NCBI GenBank assembly: GCA_964016885.1
Contig: OZ024764.1
Location: 16,244,001-16,308,000 of the forward strand
Source of the DNA: Eledone cirrhosa
Taxonomy: Eukaryota
Reading direction: 5' to 3'
DNA length: 64,000 nucleotides
Below the pieces are notes generated by a model that saw nothing but the letters and a program-made list of their open reading frames with translations, was not told the DNA's origin and made no database searches. Each line of letters begins with the position of its first letter. Position 1 is the stretch's first letter. Positions 1 through 12,935 of the stretch are shown piece after piece. The position numbers and the translations under genes were made by a program.

Positions 1-1103
1 ACATACATACGTATGTATATACATACGTATGTAAATACATACATACGTATGTATGTACATACGTATGTATGTACATACATACGTATGTATTTACATACGT
101 ATGTATGTATATACATACGTATGTATATACATACGTATGTAAATATATACATATGTATATACATACATACATATGTATGTATATACATACATACGTATGT
201 ATATACATACGTATGTATATATACATATGTATATACATACGTATGTACTTACATACGTATGTACTTACTTACGTATGTAAGTACATACATAGGTATGTAT
301 ATACATACGTATGTATATACATACATACGTATGTACTTACATACGTATGTATGTACATACATACATATGTATATACATACATATGTATATACATACATAC
401 GTATGTACATACATACGTATGTATATACATACGTATGTAAGTACATACATATGTATGTATATACATATGTATGTATATATACATACGTATGTATATACAT
501 ATGTATGTATATACATATGTATGTATATATACATACGTATGTATATACATATGTATGTATATACATATGTATGTACATACATACGTATGTAAATACATAC
601 GTATATATACATATGTATGTACATACGTATGTAAGTACATACATACATATGTATATATACGTATGTATTTACATACGTATGTATGTATATATACATATGT
701 ATGTATATACATATGTATGTATATATACATACGTATGTACATACATACGTATGTATATACATATGTATGTATATACATATGTATGTACATACATACGTAT
801 GTAAATACATACGTATGTAAATACATACGTATGTAAATACATACTTATATATATGTATGTATGTACATACATACGTATGTAAGTACATATGTATATACAT
901 ACGTATGTATGTACATACATATGTATGTATAGATACATATACGTATGTACATACATATGTATGTATGTACATACTTATGTATATACATACATATGGATAT
1001 GTATGTATATATACATACATATGTATATATTTATGTATTTATACATACATATGTATGTATGTATGTATATATACATGCATATGTATGTATAAATATACAT
1101 ACA
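1..1103. repeat. Compound (TACA/TATG/TACG)n microsatellite with palindromic subunits
   Basis: Near-pure purine/pyrimidine alternation with the recurrent self-complementary 12-mer ACATACGTATGT. The overlapping Y/I/H/M/V ORFs are artefacts. Confidence 0.95.
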
Positions 1104-2935
1104 TCTTTAATTCCTTAGCTATATTTATATAATACAGTAGTCTAGAGATATAAGGGTATTAATATGTATGTAGGTTGTTGTCTTTATATCTGTGTAGTGT
1201 AACTTCTAAATTTACAATGAAGATATGCTTTATATACACTAAAGTGTTTATATGGTGAGTATCCCTGTCTAGAGGAGAACAGGGTATTGATGTATCCTTT
1301 AAAGAAAAGGGTAACTGCGTACATATGGTTCTACATACTGTACTCTACTGAACACAACTTCAATATATAATGGAGGTACTTCTTCCAATATAGAGAAGAA
1401 GGTATATTATAGACATGAAGTAAGCTTTGTGTGTATGTAAAGAACACTACATTTCTTTGTATTTATACAGTTAGCTCTGTTGCTTCTTAGGAAGCATGTA
1501 CGCGTTCTACTGTGAGATCCTTATACACAACTAGAAGAACAATAGTAGTAGTTTCCTAAGAGACATATGTGTAGTATCTAGCGAGAATGTATTGATCTGT
1601 ATGTACAGATCAAAACCTCTTATCTTATATATGTATGATCACTTCCAGGTTTCTACATACACGTGTATAATATAAAGAGACACACACAATGTGGGTTTAG
1701 ATATATTCTATAGAATACAGTTTCTTATATACAGACATGTCTACATTGATGTTATTTACCTGTATATAGAGATGGCTTGTTTCTAATAGGTGTATCTAGG
1801 AAATAATTTATATAATATGAATCTAGTATACAGTGACAGAAGGTTTTTGTCTTCCTACAGTGTAAGAGGTGTCTAGTGTGTGTATATATACAGGGAGTAA
1901 ATAATAAGGCAACAAAGGAAAATACTGGTTTATTCTTTTATTTCACAATTTATTTACCTTTCTTCTTGAGATAGGGTTGTAGTAGTCTCCAGGTCTGGTG
2001 CTCTTCCTTAGGAATATAAAATAGGTTAGTTGTGTATATATAAAGGTTTAGTTTTGTATCTAGTGAAGAACGTTTATATATGGATGATGTAGCTATCAAG
2101 CAGGTGAGGATGCTAGAAGTAGTAGTAAGGAGTGTTACGGCAGAGTAATGGAGCTACCATGCTTCGTTAGATATAAAATATAACTGTATGGTTTAGCTTC
2201 TATATTCATATGTCTAGAGAAGGTTTAGTTTCATGTCTATTATTCCAGTATGAACAAGTTTGTATATTGCGCCTCATAAGTATCTGTTATGATAGAAGGG
2301 AGACGGTTTATATATGAATATAGCTTCATGTGTACGTATGTCCCCAGGATTCTTCCTCTACATGGTTTAGAATAAATTTACGGCTAATACATAAATATGC
2401 CTGAAGTGTTTGTGTATTTACGTGAAAAAGTGTCTTCTTGTATATAGAATATCTGTGTATTCAGGTATAAGGTTTATATACAGAAGATAAAATGTATATA
2501 GAGAGGAAGCTTGGTTATATTTCCTTACAAGTATGTATATAGTATCGAGAGAAGATTTAGTTGTAACATGTTAGAAGAGGTGTATATATACAGATCATGG
2601 TTAGTTTTGTTTCATAATAGAGGAGGGTAACATGTATGTTTAGTTAGAAGCGGTAACTGCGTGTATATATTTAGTTTTGTTTCTTTAAAAGACATGGCAA
2701 CTTACTTTTGTGTCTCAATAATGTGTGTATATACGGCAAATAAAACTTTACATACCTCTTTACACGTAAAATCCAAACAGATATCGTTAATAGTCCCAGA
2801 GTAAATAGAATGATGTTACAGCTTCAAGAAATGACAACAAAGGAAGAAGAGTTCCACAAACCGGAAGTAGTTCAATGTCAACAAAGGGCAAATAACTCCT
2901 TTCAAAGGGAGATAACTCTCGTCAAATTGTTTGGC

Positions 2936-3100
2936 AAAAACTCATGCGAGGCGGGAGAGCAGGCCAGCATAAAGCCAGCCTGCAACGGTCCCGGCCGACC
3001 CCGCAACGATTCGAACTTCAGACACGATCGAGTGGTCATGCCATACCGAAGTACGACAGCGAAGCCAGAAACGCTACGTGCAGCGCCACGCACAAGCCGC
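2936..3100 (-). ncRNA. Candidate structured Pol III-type ncRNA, copy 1 (~165 nt), family unknown
   Basis: Minus strand: TATAAGTA begins at 3131, 31 nt upstream of G3100. B box GTTCGAATC (3016-3008). 5' CUUGUGCGUGGCG pairs with 3' CGCCUCGCAUGAG, followed by T5 (2940-2936). Internal hairpin GCAGGCUGGC-UUUAU-GCUGGCCUGC. GC-rich island in AT-rich DNA. Confidence 0.5.
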
Positions 3101-3164
3101 AATTCTACAGAGTCAAATAGGCATACTTATAGCTAACATTTTACTTCTTTTTTAAAAAAAAAAG

Positions 3165-3227
3165 AAACGGAAAGAAAGCAAGATAACACGACATATTCCG
3201 AGTGTTATCTCGTTTTCTTTCCGTTTC
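3165..3227. repeat. Imperfect inverted repeat (~26-bp arms), short version of the 4871-5052 hairpin
   Basis: GAAACGGAAAGAAAGCAAGATAACAC ... GTGTTATCTCGTTTTCTTTCCGTTTC. Confidence 0.8.
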
Positions 3228-4656
3228 TCTTTCTATATAAATATAACGGGATATATAGCCATTAAGGAACTGCTAGTGTTTTGTACATATATAACGGGAT
3301 ATACACAAATAGAAGCCAGGGAATATGTAGTAAGGGGTTGACTTATATAGGGAGTCAATAGTTTGACCATTTTCGCCAACTTCAAATTCTACGTAAATAA
3401 GGTTCGCATTTTTGCCCACTTCTCAGACATAAGATAGCGAGGAGGGTCACCTTATATTCGAGTATTGTGTACATCTATTCTTGTTAGACTAGACCGGCAT
3501 CATCAGGCTGTGATGGTCCTCAGGGCACTGCTGTCAATCGTCTTTGTGAGGGGCTACGTTTCTGCTCCATAGAGAAGAAGACTGATGCATCTTTTCAGAA
3601 CAATTAATATGTAGGTAACATAGCCTTAGAGAGATCTGTATTTGTAATAGTTAGTATCGATTTGGGTAATCTTAAGACCATGATTCCAATCATCAATATA
3701 TGTATTGATTAAACCTAAATATAGTATATAAAGAAGTGGATTTTAAAATATGCAATGATAGTGTCGAGAGAAGGTTGGCTGAATATGAAGTGGTACTTCT
3801 AACAATGTACCACTATGAATAAGACAGAAGGCGGTGTATGTAGATAGAATGTTTAGTTTTCCTGAGTATGAAGGGGTTTTAGTTATTATTCTTAGTAAAA
3901 AGACGGTTATATTATACATATACGTCTCTAACATTCCTCCTGTATATGAAGGGTAGTGAAATATATTCTTGTGTCTCAGGAATAACTACGTGTTTATCGA
4001 TGAATTTAAGGGACAACTAAAACATTACATACCTCTTTAGAAGAATGAAGGTGTATATATAAATGTAGCTTTATATGTGTATATTGATCTAGATAGGAAA
4101 CGTTTCTTCCAGTGTATGGATTATAGAGGTGAATGCATACACTAAAGAATGTTAATATATATCTAAGACTGTATTTTCGAGTGTTTAGCAATGAATTAAA
4201 ATATACATGGCAAATAAAGCGTTCGTACAGGTAAATTAGAGGGTATTTTACCTCAGCTAAAGAACATTTATATATATATAAATCTAGTTTTGTGTGTATT
4301 TAGGTTTAAAAAAAACAATATGTACGTCTCTAGAATCTTTCTGTATATAGAATAATTGTTTCTACTTTTGGCACAAGGCCAGCAATTATCCAGTGCATTA
4401 CTGGTACTTTATTTTATCGACCCCATAAGGATGAAAGGCATATAGAATAATGTATGTCTGTGAGTGTATATACGGCAAATAAAACATTACATGCCTCTCA
4501 CCATTAGTATAATATCCAGACTGATTCTATCAAATTACACGAGTAAATCCAAACGATGTTAACAGTTTAATTCAATAAAGAAGAATGACAACAAACGAGA
4601 ATAGTTCCAATCAGGGGCAAGTAATTCAAACGATAACTCTCGGCGAATTTTTTAGT

Positions 4657-4805
4657 AAAACTCAATGCGAGGTGGGGACGCAGGCCAGCATAAAGCCGGG
4701 CTGCCGCCGCAACGATTCGATCTTCAGACACATAGAATGGTCATGCCATACCGAAGTACGACAGCGAAGCCCGAAACGTTACGTGCAGCGCCATGCACAG
4801 AGCGC
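4657..4805 (-). ncRNA. Candidate structured ncRNA, diverged copy 2 (~149 nt)
   Basis: Paralogue of 2936-3100. TATAAGTA at 4836, again 31 nt upstream of a G (4805). The ~55-nt core differs at only 2 positions, the UUUAU-loop hairpin is kept, one short helix is deleted, it ends in T4, and the B box is degenerate (GATCGAATC). Confidence 0.42.
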
Positions 4806-4870
4806 AGCTCTACTGAGTAAATTAGTCATACTTATAGTTAGAATTTTATTTATTAAAAAAATATATATAT

Positions 4871-5052
4871 AGAAACGGAATGAAGACGAGATAACTGAGG
4901 GCGTGGAGAAATATCTCTTTCTGAATATATTTCGTATGGTGAGAGTTGAGATCTCTACCGAATAATTATCAATATTATACTTCGTCTCCGAAATATTTTC
5001 AGAAAGAAATTACTTTTTCACGACCGTGTTACCTTACTTTCATCCCGTTTCT
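4871..5052. repeat. Long imperfect inverted repeat / MITE-like hairpin
   Basis: AGAAACGGAATGAAG...TCTTTCTGAATATATTTCG mirrors CGAAATATTTTCAGAAAGA...TTCATCCCGTTTCT. Confidence 0.7.
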
Positions 5053-6469
5053 ATATGTAACAAGTTTAAACTACTAGTATTTAATACATATATACAGAAC
5101 AATAAGTATATTTACTTCAAGATAGTAAGGTTTATGTTAATACAGAAAATAAAAAATGCAAACCATCGATCTTAGTAATTAGTATCAATCACTAATTATC
5201 TATTTTCGTAATAAGCATCTTAAGACCATGATTTCCTTCATCGATATGTGATTAGACCAAAATTTAGTATAATATATAAAGACTGTTCTCAGCTTATGAC
5301 CAGTTTGCTTGGTGTTAAGTGTCTGAGAGTACAAGACTCTCCCTGGATAGTACGCTGGTCTACCACAGGACTAACTCCTCGGCTGTGAGTACTGGAGCAA
5401 TGTGATGAATGCAGAACTTCCAAACTGTGAGAGTTACATGTATGCATGGACCTGCAACTCCTAAGGGAGTCATACAGGCCACACATTGACATACAGTATT
5501 TCTAGGGCACTTTTTAAAACCTGGCAGACCCATCTCCTCTCCAGGTCTGAATACAGCAGATTTCTTCCAGAGAAACAGAAGAATCAACCTCAATACTAGA
5601 CTGGTACTTTGTTTTATCAACCTCAAATGGATGAAAGGCAAAGTTGACCTCAGCAGGATTTTAATTCAGAGAACTGAAGGCATTCTGTTACATTCATATA
5701 TACATACTTACTTTGTCTAATAAACAAAACATCTTCTCTCTCTACACATAACATATAAAGCTACATTTATATAAACCTCTTCTAAGAAATTAAACCTACT
5801 CTAGACTTACACATAGATACAGTTATATATAAATACTTACCTTGTCAAATAAACACAACTAAATCTTCTCTAGTCAGACACACAAAGCTACATTTATATA
5901 AACATTCTTCTCTACAAAAGAGGATCAGCTGAAAAGCTCATAGGCTGGCTTTGAAGAAGTGATGCTAGAACTGCGAAATATTGTGGTTTGGTTCATTATC
6001 ATAGGACTTGGTGGAGCAATCAAAATTCACTGCCAACTCATGTACAACTTTATGATGTTCTTGATTCATCGGTGAAAAAGAATGACTCTGATAGTTCTGT
6101 TTCATGTGAGGAAGACAAAAGGAAACCTTCAGAGTGTGCATTGAGCAATATGGGATATTTCTAGAATGTAACTAATGCCAACTTGAATCATCCTTGGACA
6201 TCATCATACATAGTATATATAGTGTGTTTAGTACAGTGTAGTTGTAGCTAACTAGGTATTTGGTTTTATGAAATGAAAGGGACAAAAAAACAAACTATAT
6301 ATATACACTGATACTTCAATGTGTTATAAGCAATCCAATACCACTGTTGGATACATAAAGTGCTTAATCCTGCTTACACCAAAGTTCATGGATTAAGGTG
6401 GTGCAAACACAACACTTAAATAAAGGAAACAATATATGGCCATAGTACAGAAAATTCTTATAATATATA

Positions 6470-6900
6470 TATACATCTCGGGCTGGATTCTGTTGAGGGT
6501 CTTTGCCACAAGTGACATCAATGAGATTCCCCTGTAGTTGTTCATGCTAGAAAGATCTCCCTTCTTTGGTACTGAGATGATGTTAGTGATCAAGGGCAAC
6601 TTTCTCCAGTGCCTGGTTACAGAACTCCAGGATGATATCATCAAAATAACACCTCTTCATCACTTTTGATACCTCTCCATGGGTCTTGATCTTCTTGGTT
6701 CGCTGAAGCCCCTCTCTGGCGAAGGTTCTGTCTCAATATCCAGTTCCTCAAACAGCTGTCTGATCTCCCTGGTATTCTGGGCTGTCGAAGGTGGCTCTCC
6801 TAGTAGGGTCTTAAAATGGTCCAGCCTCTTCTTATCCCCAGATCTAACTCAAACTCCCTCTCTTCCTTCCTGTAATCTCGTTGATCATCATCCAGCTCTC
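6470..6900 (-). mobile_element. Degenerate non-LTR (RTE-like) reverse transcriptase fragment
   Basis: Translation contains IISVPKKGDLSSMNNYRGISLMSLVAK, a typical N-terminal LINE RT motif. Confidence 0.8.
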
Positions 6901-7344
6901 TTTACACTTACATATATATATATACACTGACCTCCTACAAGGTTACATCTCAAAGGAGGTTTACACCAGTTCTTTTATCCCGAAACTTTTTCAGGAACTG
7001 TGGACAAGGAGTTTCTTATGGTTGTAGGTTTTTTGAAAGGGGAAAAATAACAGAAGGCAACACAGAAGGTGATTGTCGTGTGAAGGAGGAAAATTGGTAG
7101 AGCAATGGACTCCACGGACACTGGTAAGGGTAACTTACAACAGGATGGAAAGGTATCCATGGTGAGTGAAAAATCTAACCATTGTTTCAGCTACAGCAGC
7201 AGAGGAATTAAGTTATGGTGGGTTTGAAGAAAACAGAGTTGGATGTCTTCAATGTAGTGACTATATAGACCAGAGGCTTTCAACATAACTGATGAGTGTT
7301 TCAGTGGAGACAAGCAACCTCTGAGGAGCAGGGACTATAGTAGT

Positions 7345-7530
7345 AGAGATAGAATAGGCAGAGGGAACGGCATGTTTAGGGGCTGGGGAGAAGCAGAGAC
7401 CACTGTAGTAGAGGTAGAGAGGGAACAGCATATTTAGGGTTGGGGAGAAGCAGAGACCATTGTAGTAGAGTTAGAGAGGGAACAGCATATTTAGGGGTTG
7501 GGGAGGAGCAGAGACCATTGTAGTAGAGGT
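7345..7530. repeat. ~60-bp tandem repeat, about 3 copies
   Basis: GAGGGAACAGCATATTTAGGG(G)TTGGGGAGAAGCAGAGACCATTGTAGTAGAG repeated. Confidence 0.85.
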
Positions 7531-8105
7531 ATAATGTGCAGAAGGAGGAGAGACAATAATTGTGGACCAAAGCCAAATACCACGAGGCCATATGTTGTAC
7601 ATTTTCAAGAGGTCATTACTAATTACATTTGAAGTCCTCTTTCAACAGTCAGATGTCAGTTTACTTGGAAAGAAACAATGCAGTTATTAATAAGAAGGCT
7701 TGAAATTAATTCATGCAAGATTTCCCAGCTCTAGCATCAGTCCTTCATATTCAGCCAACCTTCGTACTTCTGCTGGGTCAAGACCGACGAGGGCTGACGT
7801 CTTAAACAAGCCCCAACAAATAAGAAAGATTTAGAAGAGAATATAATAATTACTAGATATTCACACAAAAGTGACATTAGAATTATTGCTGGAAATAGCA
7901 GCCAAATATTTATCGCTCGTCACGTTTTAAAATAATGAAGGACACATTAGAAGATGTAGTTTTAGATAGTCGTATATACACATATTGGTCAACGCTGGAA
8001 TCTCATTGATTCTATATACATAAGTCGGTTCTCAGAGGACCTATTCAGGTTATGGGAACTGTTTGTCCCCGTGCAAAAATTTGGCGTATATATATATAAT
8101 TTCGA

Positions 8106-8137
<32 letters not shown>

Positions 8138-9060
8138 TATATACTTATATATGTCTGTATGCATTTTGGGGTTTAAATGGTGAACATTTCATAAGGTAGC
8201 TGCTGTTTACTTTCATTGACAAGTCAGACCTGAGCGATCAAGACATATATTTACAAATACATAATCAAAAGTAAAAACATTGTTAATATCTTCCTACACA
8301 GATAAAATATAAAAGATTGTATTTACATGTGTCACAGCTAATTCACCTCCGTAATTCTTAGGAAACCTGGCTGCTATTTCTATCAAGTGGAGCGTAGACG
8401 TAGAGACGTGTTGCTGTTGTTTACTTTTATTCACAGGTCTTGAACGAGCAAGACAAGATGACCCGACAAGTGTGTAATCGATGGGATTCCTGCCGTGACC
8501 ATCCTGTGTTTATATGATTATCAAGGTACGCACATCTACATCGTTGAATGCACATTGCATTGTTTTAAAAGGGGTTGTAGAAGACAGAACATCTGAGGGT
8601 GAGAGGCCGGAGATCGTCAGTGAGTGGCTTTAAATTAATTAGCCATAATTCTATGAAATAAAGAAGCGAAATCACTTCGAAGAAAAATAGGAGAACAATA
8701 GTAATTATTATGAGGCCGGTGTAGCGATTACATATTGCCCTTTGTTTACATTAACCACTCCCGACACCATGGTAATTAGATATTCAGATTACATGGAGGT
8801 GTGGGAGGGAATTAATTCTTTTATTTATCAAACAACAAACACGGTGGCAAGGAGTAAATTAAAAAACTCGCCTTTTTATTTAAAAAAAAAAAAACTCTAA
8901 CCTCTCCCATGATGCAACAGTGCGAGTTAATAAGTTGACGCTTTAGCGACATCAGTTCCATAAATTTCACCAGGACGAAATCTCAAGAACGATAACTCTG
9001 TCTTTACTTAATCGCAAAAATGGGTGCAAAAATTATTTCGAAACAACACTTACTATACCT

Positions 9061-9097
9061 GTATATATAGGTATATATATATATATATATATATAGG

Positions 9098-9173
<76 letters not shown>

Positions 9174-9199
9174 TATATATATATATATATATATATATA

Positions 9200-9232
<33 letters not shown>

Positions 9233-10097
9233 GTATATATATATGGATATATATATATAGGTATATATATATATATAGGTATATATATATATATATAGCT
9301 ATTTATATATATATATATACCTATATATATATATTGTTATACTTTGGGAGGGTCATGTTGCCAATAAGAAACACACGCACCAGTTGCTTTCACTTCAATT
9401 TATTATATATTTATAAATTTATAAATTTCTGGTTGGTTGGTTGGTTCCACAACCAGATAGTTGTTTATATATAGTCATAGTTCTTTCGTCACACACTCTG
9501 TGGCCTCTTCAGTGACTGGGGATTCCTTTCTTTGTTTCTGGGCCTCTCCTTTGTTCTGTCCTACGCCATTTTGTTTCTGGTATATATATATATAGGTATA
9601 TATATATATAGGTATATATATATAGGTATATATATAGGTATATATATATATATATAGGTATGTATATATATATATATATATAGGTATATATATATATAGG
9701 TATATATATATATATAGGTATATATATATATATAGGTGTATATATATATATAGGTATATATATATATATAGGTATATATTTATAGATATATATATAGGTA
9801 TATATATATAGGTATATATATTTATATATATAGGTATATATATATAGGTATATATATATATATTATATATAGGTATATATATATATATAGGTATATATAT
9901 ATATATAGGTATATATAGGTATATATATATATATAGGTATATATAGGTATATATATATATATATAGGTATATATATATATGTATATATATATATACCAGC
10001 TATACACTCATCCATATCTATGTATAGGTGTGTGTGTGCGCGCGTGTATATATATATATATATATAAATATATATATTTAAATGTATATATATCTAT

Positions 10098-10145
<48 letters not shown>

Positions 10146-10242
10146 ATATAATTAAATATATTTATATATATACATAATTTATATATATACACACACACAA
10201 ATATACATATACATAAATATATATATATATATATATATATAC
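9061..10242. repeat. (TA)n / (TATAGG) microsatellite blocks with an interspersed-repeat fragment at ~9345-9580
   Basis: Visible dinucleotide runs. Confidence 0.9.
9473..9517 (-). ncRNA. Minimal type-I hammerhead ribozyme motif, Penelope-like, stem II imperfect
   Basis: Minus strand: AGUCA-CUGAAGA-GGCCACAGAGUGUGUGAC-GAAAG-AA-CUA-UGACU, with a 5-bp stem I (AGUCA/UGACU). Confidence 0.6.
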
Positions 10243-10951
10243 GTGTGTGTCCTTCTTTCTGATGTTTTCCGTCTTTCACTGCTATTTCTAGTGTCCATAC
10301 ATGCTAGAAATAGCAGTCAAATACACCAAACAAACTGCACACCCGCAAAATTTTTGCCTCGATTTTTGCGATTAAGTAAGACAAGAGTTATCTTTCTTGG
10401 CAAATTGTTAAAAAACTTTTGCCTGATTTTAGGCCAAAGTTTTTTAATGGCTGCCACTTCCGGTTTTTGTTGTGCGTCTACAGGACTGCAGTAAACCTGC
10501 TAGAAATAGCAGTCATAGCAACTCACTCACATATTTATTTATGAGGGATTCTCAACGTGGAGTGCACGCCCCACAGGGGATAATTTGAATATAATAGGGG
10601 TCAATTTGAAAGTGATATAATACGACCCAACTTCCTCTTACACTTCGTATACACATGTTATCGTGTATCTGGCAGCACCTACGAGAAGTTTGTTTACATT
10701 TTGGGATTTGCTTTGATCATCGCTGCATCGCAGCTTTGTTTAAATAAAGGGTTTCTACTTTATATAACACTTTTACAAGACTCGAATTGTTTTTATATTA
10801 AAGGGGGGACATAAACATATGTCGAGGTGGGGCATGGTGCAGAGAAGGTTTTAAACCACTGATACATATTTATTTATGCCCTTCTTTCTGTTGTTTTTTA
10901 AACTCTGAACTCAGCATTTTTCTGTTGTTCTCCGGGATTCTAACAAAGTAT

Positions 10952-10995
<44 letters not shown>

Positions 10996-11701
10996 GGCAG
11001 GCAACCTCAGACTCGAAAAAGCCGCCGCTAATCGTGATCGTTGGGGTTATAATTAGACTAAAAGATATATATATAGATGTCGAAACGGCAGTAGCACAGC
11101 CGTTGGGGTCCTGAATATTTTCACATCTATATATGTGTGTGTATTCTGCGATATTTATAATTACATAAGCAAGCATATTTGAATAACAAAATTTGAGGTT
11201 TAAATACTTTATTCTTTACCAATAACATAGAGAAAGGCATGAACAACACCACATGTTAATTACTTTAATATTGAAAGTAGGCTTATAAATATTAAATTCA
11301 GCAGATATTTGTAGCCTATATGATGGTCTGTTGGGTGATACCAGAGATGGTGGATGTCCTGGTTTGGGGTTCAATCCTGGTTTTGGTTACATATAAGGTT
11401 TCATACTTTTTTTTTTCTCTCTTCTTATCTCTAGATATAAATATATATACATAAGGTAATTTGGTAGAATTGTTAGAACATCAGATAGAATTCTTTGCAG
11501 TATTTTAAAGTTCAACTTTAACTTTCTTCCACTCGGGGGTTGATAAGTCTTGAATATGTCTAACGTAGCAATAACTGGAGCTACTTAACCAAGTTTTCCC
11601 AACCTAGTCGATATCACCTACCGGTTGACGATTTAAACTGTTGGCTGGGACAATGACCAACTAATCAGTCACATTCAAACTCACTATGTCTGGCATATAT
11701 T

Positions 11702-11800
11702 TTATACTTTATATTTTAATGAAGTCTCGAGGGTCTCGTTCAGGCATAGTTTGCATTGAGATACTAAGGTGGAAGCGGCCTGATAAACCTCAGAAGCGAC
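11702..11800 (-). mobile_element. Possible Penelope-like element ORF C-terminal remnant
   Basis: YQAASTLVSQCKLCLNETL resembles the CxLCLxE motif after the PLE GIY-YIG domain. Short match only. Confidence 0.35.
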
Positions 11801-12274
11801 TTCTTCGGGACATGCAAACACCTTAGAGCCTGGGACCTTCCTCAAGATATATGGACAGTAGCAACACGAGATGTGAACTCCCCTCAAGCTATAGGGACTT
11901 CTCCAGAACATGTAGACACCTCTCGGCCAGACCTCCCTCAAGCCATATGGGCAGTAACAACAGCCTAGGTTGAGAACTCCCCTCAAGCCATAGGGAACAA
12001 CCCAGGATGAGCAGACACCATGATAGCCTAGAGATTGATTCTGACACAGCCATTATAATTTGGCCAACATCTATATAACACAAACACATTTTAATTTACT
12101 TGATTTCTGATTTTCAAATCTTGATTTCTCTTTATTAATGTTATTTGTTTTCTGCCCTCTTCACTGTATCACCTTATATTTATTTTTAAGTTGAGATTGA
12201 TTATAACACAAACACATTTTGTTTGATTATCTTATTCTTTTATTATTTTAACATCTTGTTCCTCATACCAATCT

Positions 12275-12390
12275 ATCCTCAGCCCGTAATGGACATGGTT
12301 ATACAGAACGGAAGGGCAACCGTTCCGTATAACCATGTCCATTACGAGCTGAGGATTCACTAAGGTGAAACAATTGTTCTCAGTATGATG
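12275..12390 (+). mobile_element. Penelope-like terminal-repeat remnant: 37-bp-arm inverted repeat running into a decayed hammerhead
   Basis: Arms 12275-12311 and 12320-12356, then GAG-CUGAGGA-UUCAC-UAAG-GUGAA-AC-AAUU-GUU-CUC. One GAA is missing relative to the 42.7-kb hammerheads. Confidence 0.6.
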
Positions 12391-12489
12391 AACTAACTGT
12401 TGTGTAACCACTTCTACCTAACTCGTCCCATGGACTGAGTGCTCTACCACTACGGATATTACCTTCCAGTGTTCTACCACTATATATCA

Positions 12490-12745
12490 TTTCATTTCAT
12501 TTCATTTTACGTCCACTTTACCCTGCTTGCAAGGGTGAGACGGGAACTGATTCTGGCTTGATTTCTACAGCTGGATGCCCTTCCTAACACCAACCTCATT
12601 TACAGTGAGTGGTGGGTGCTTTTTTGCCGTGGCACCTCCACGACCACTTTGCAGTGGAATGATAGGGACCCCAGTCCCTATCATCTCATTTCTACAGCTG
12701 AGTAAACTGGAGCAATGTGAAATAAAGTGCCTTGCTCAAGGAAAC
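12490..12745 (-). mobile_element. 5'-truncated SINE (family B, RTE-type 3' tail)
   Basis: Reverse complement of the 3' part of 27347-27677. Confidence 0.85.
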
Positions 12746-12833
12746 ATATATACACATAAATATATATATTTTTTTTTTTTATGGGAGAAAATATGACCCC
12801 GACGGCAGAGCTCAAGCTGTTTCGACGGCTATT

Positions 12834-12871
<38 letters not shown>

Positions 12872-12935
12872 GAAAAAAATGTTTATCAAACACAATCGTA
12901 AAATTATATTTGTAATAATAGAGAAAAAAATGAAA

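Noticed and set aside
2936-3100. Assignment as SRP/7SL, telomerase RNA or an Sm snRNA
   Set aside because: GTGGCGC..GTAG loosely recalls the Alu domain but no helix-8 motif is present; there is no CUAACCC template; the AGUUUUUG Sm-like site is not conserved in copy 2.
2810-3136. Paralogous plus-strand ORFs (108 aa, and 95 aa at 4585-4872)
   Set aside because: The two copies shift frame relative to each other in the most conserved part, so conservation is at nucleotide or structure level.
8600-9040. Complex non-repetitive stretch with homeobox-like TAATTA sites, and an ETS motif at ~10456
   Set aside because: Could be an enhancer or promoter, but cannot be supported without conservation or chromatin data.
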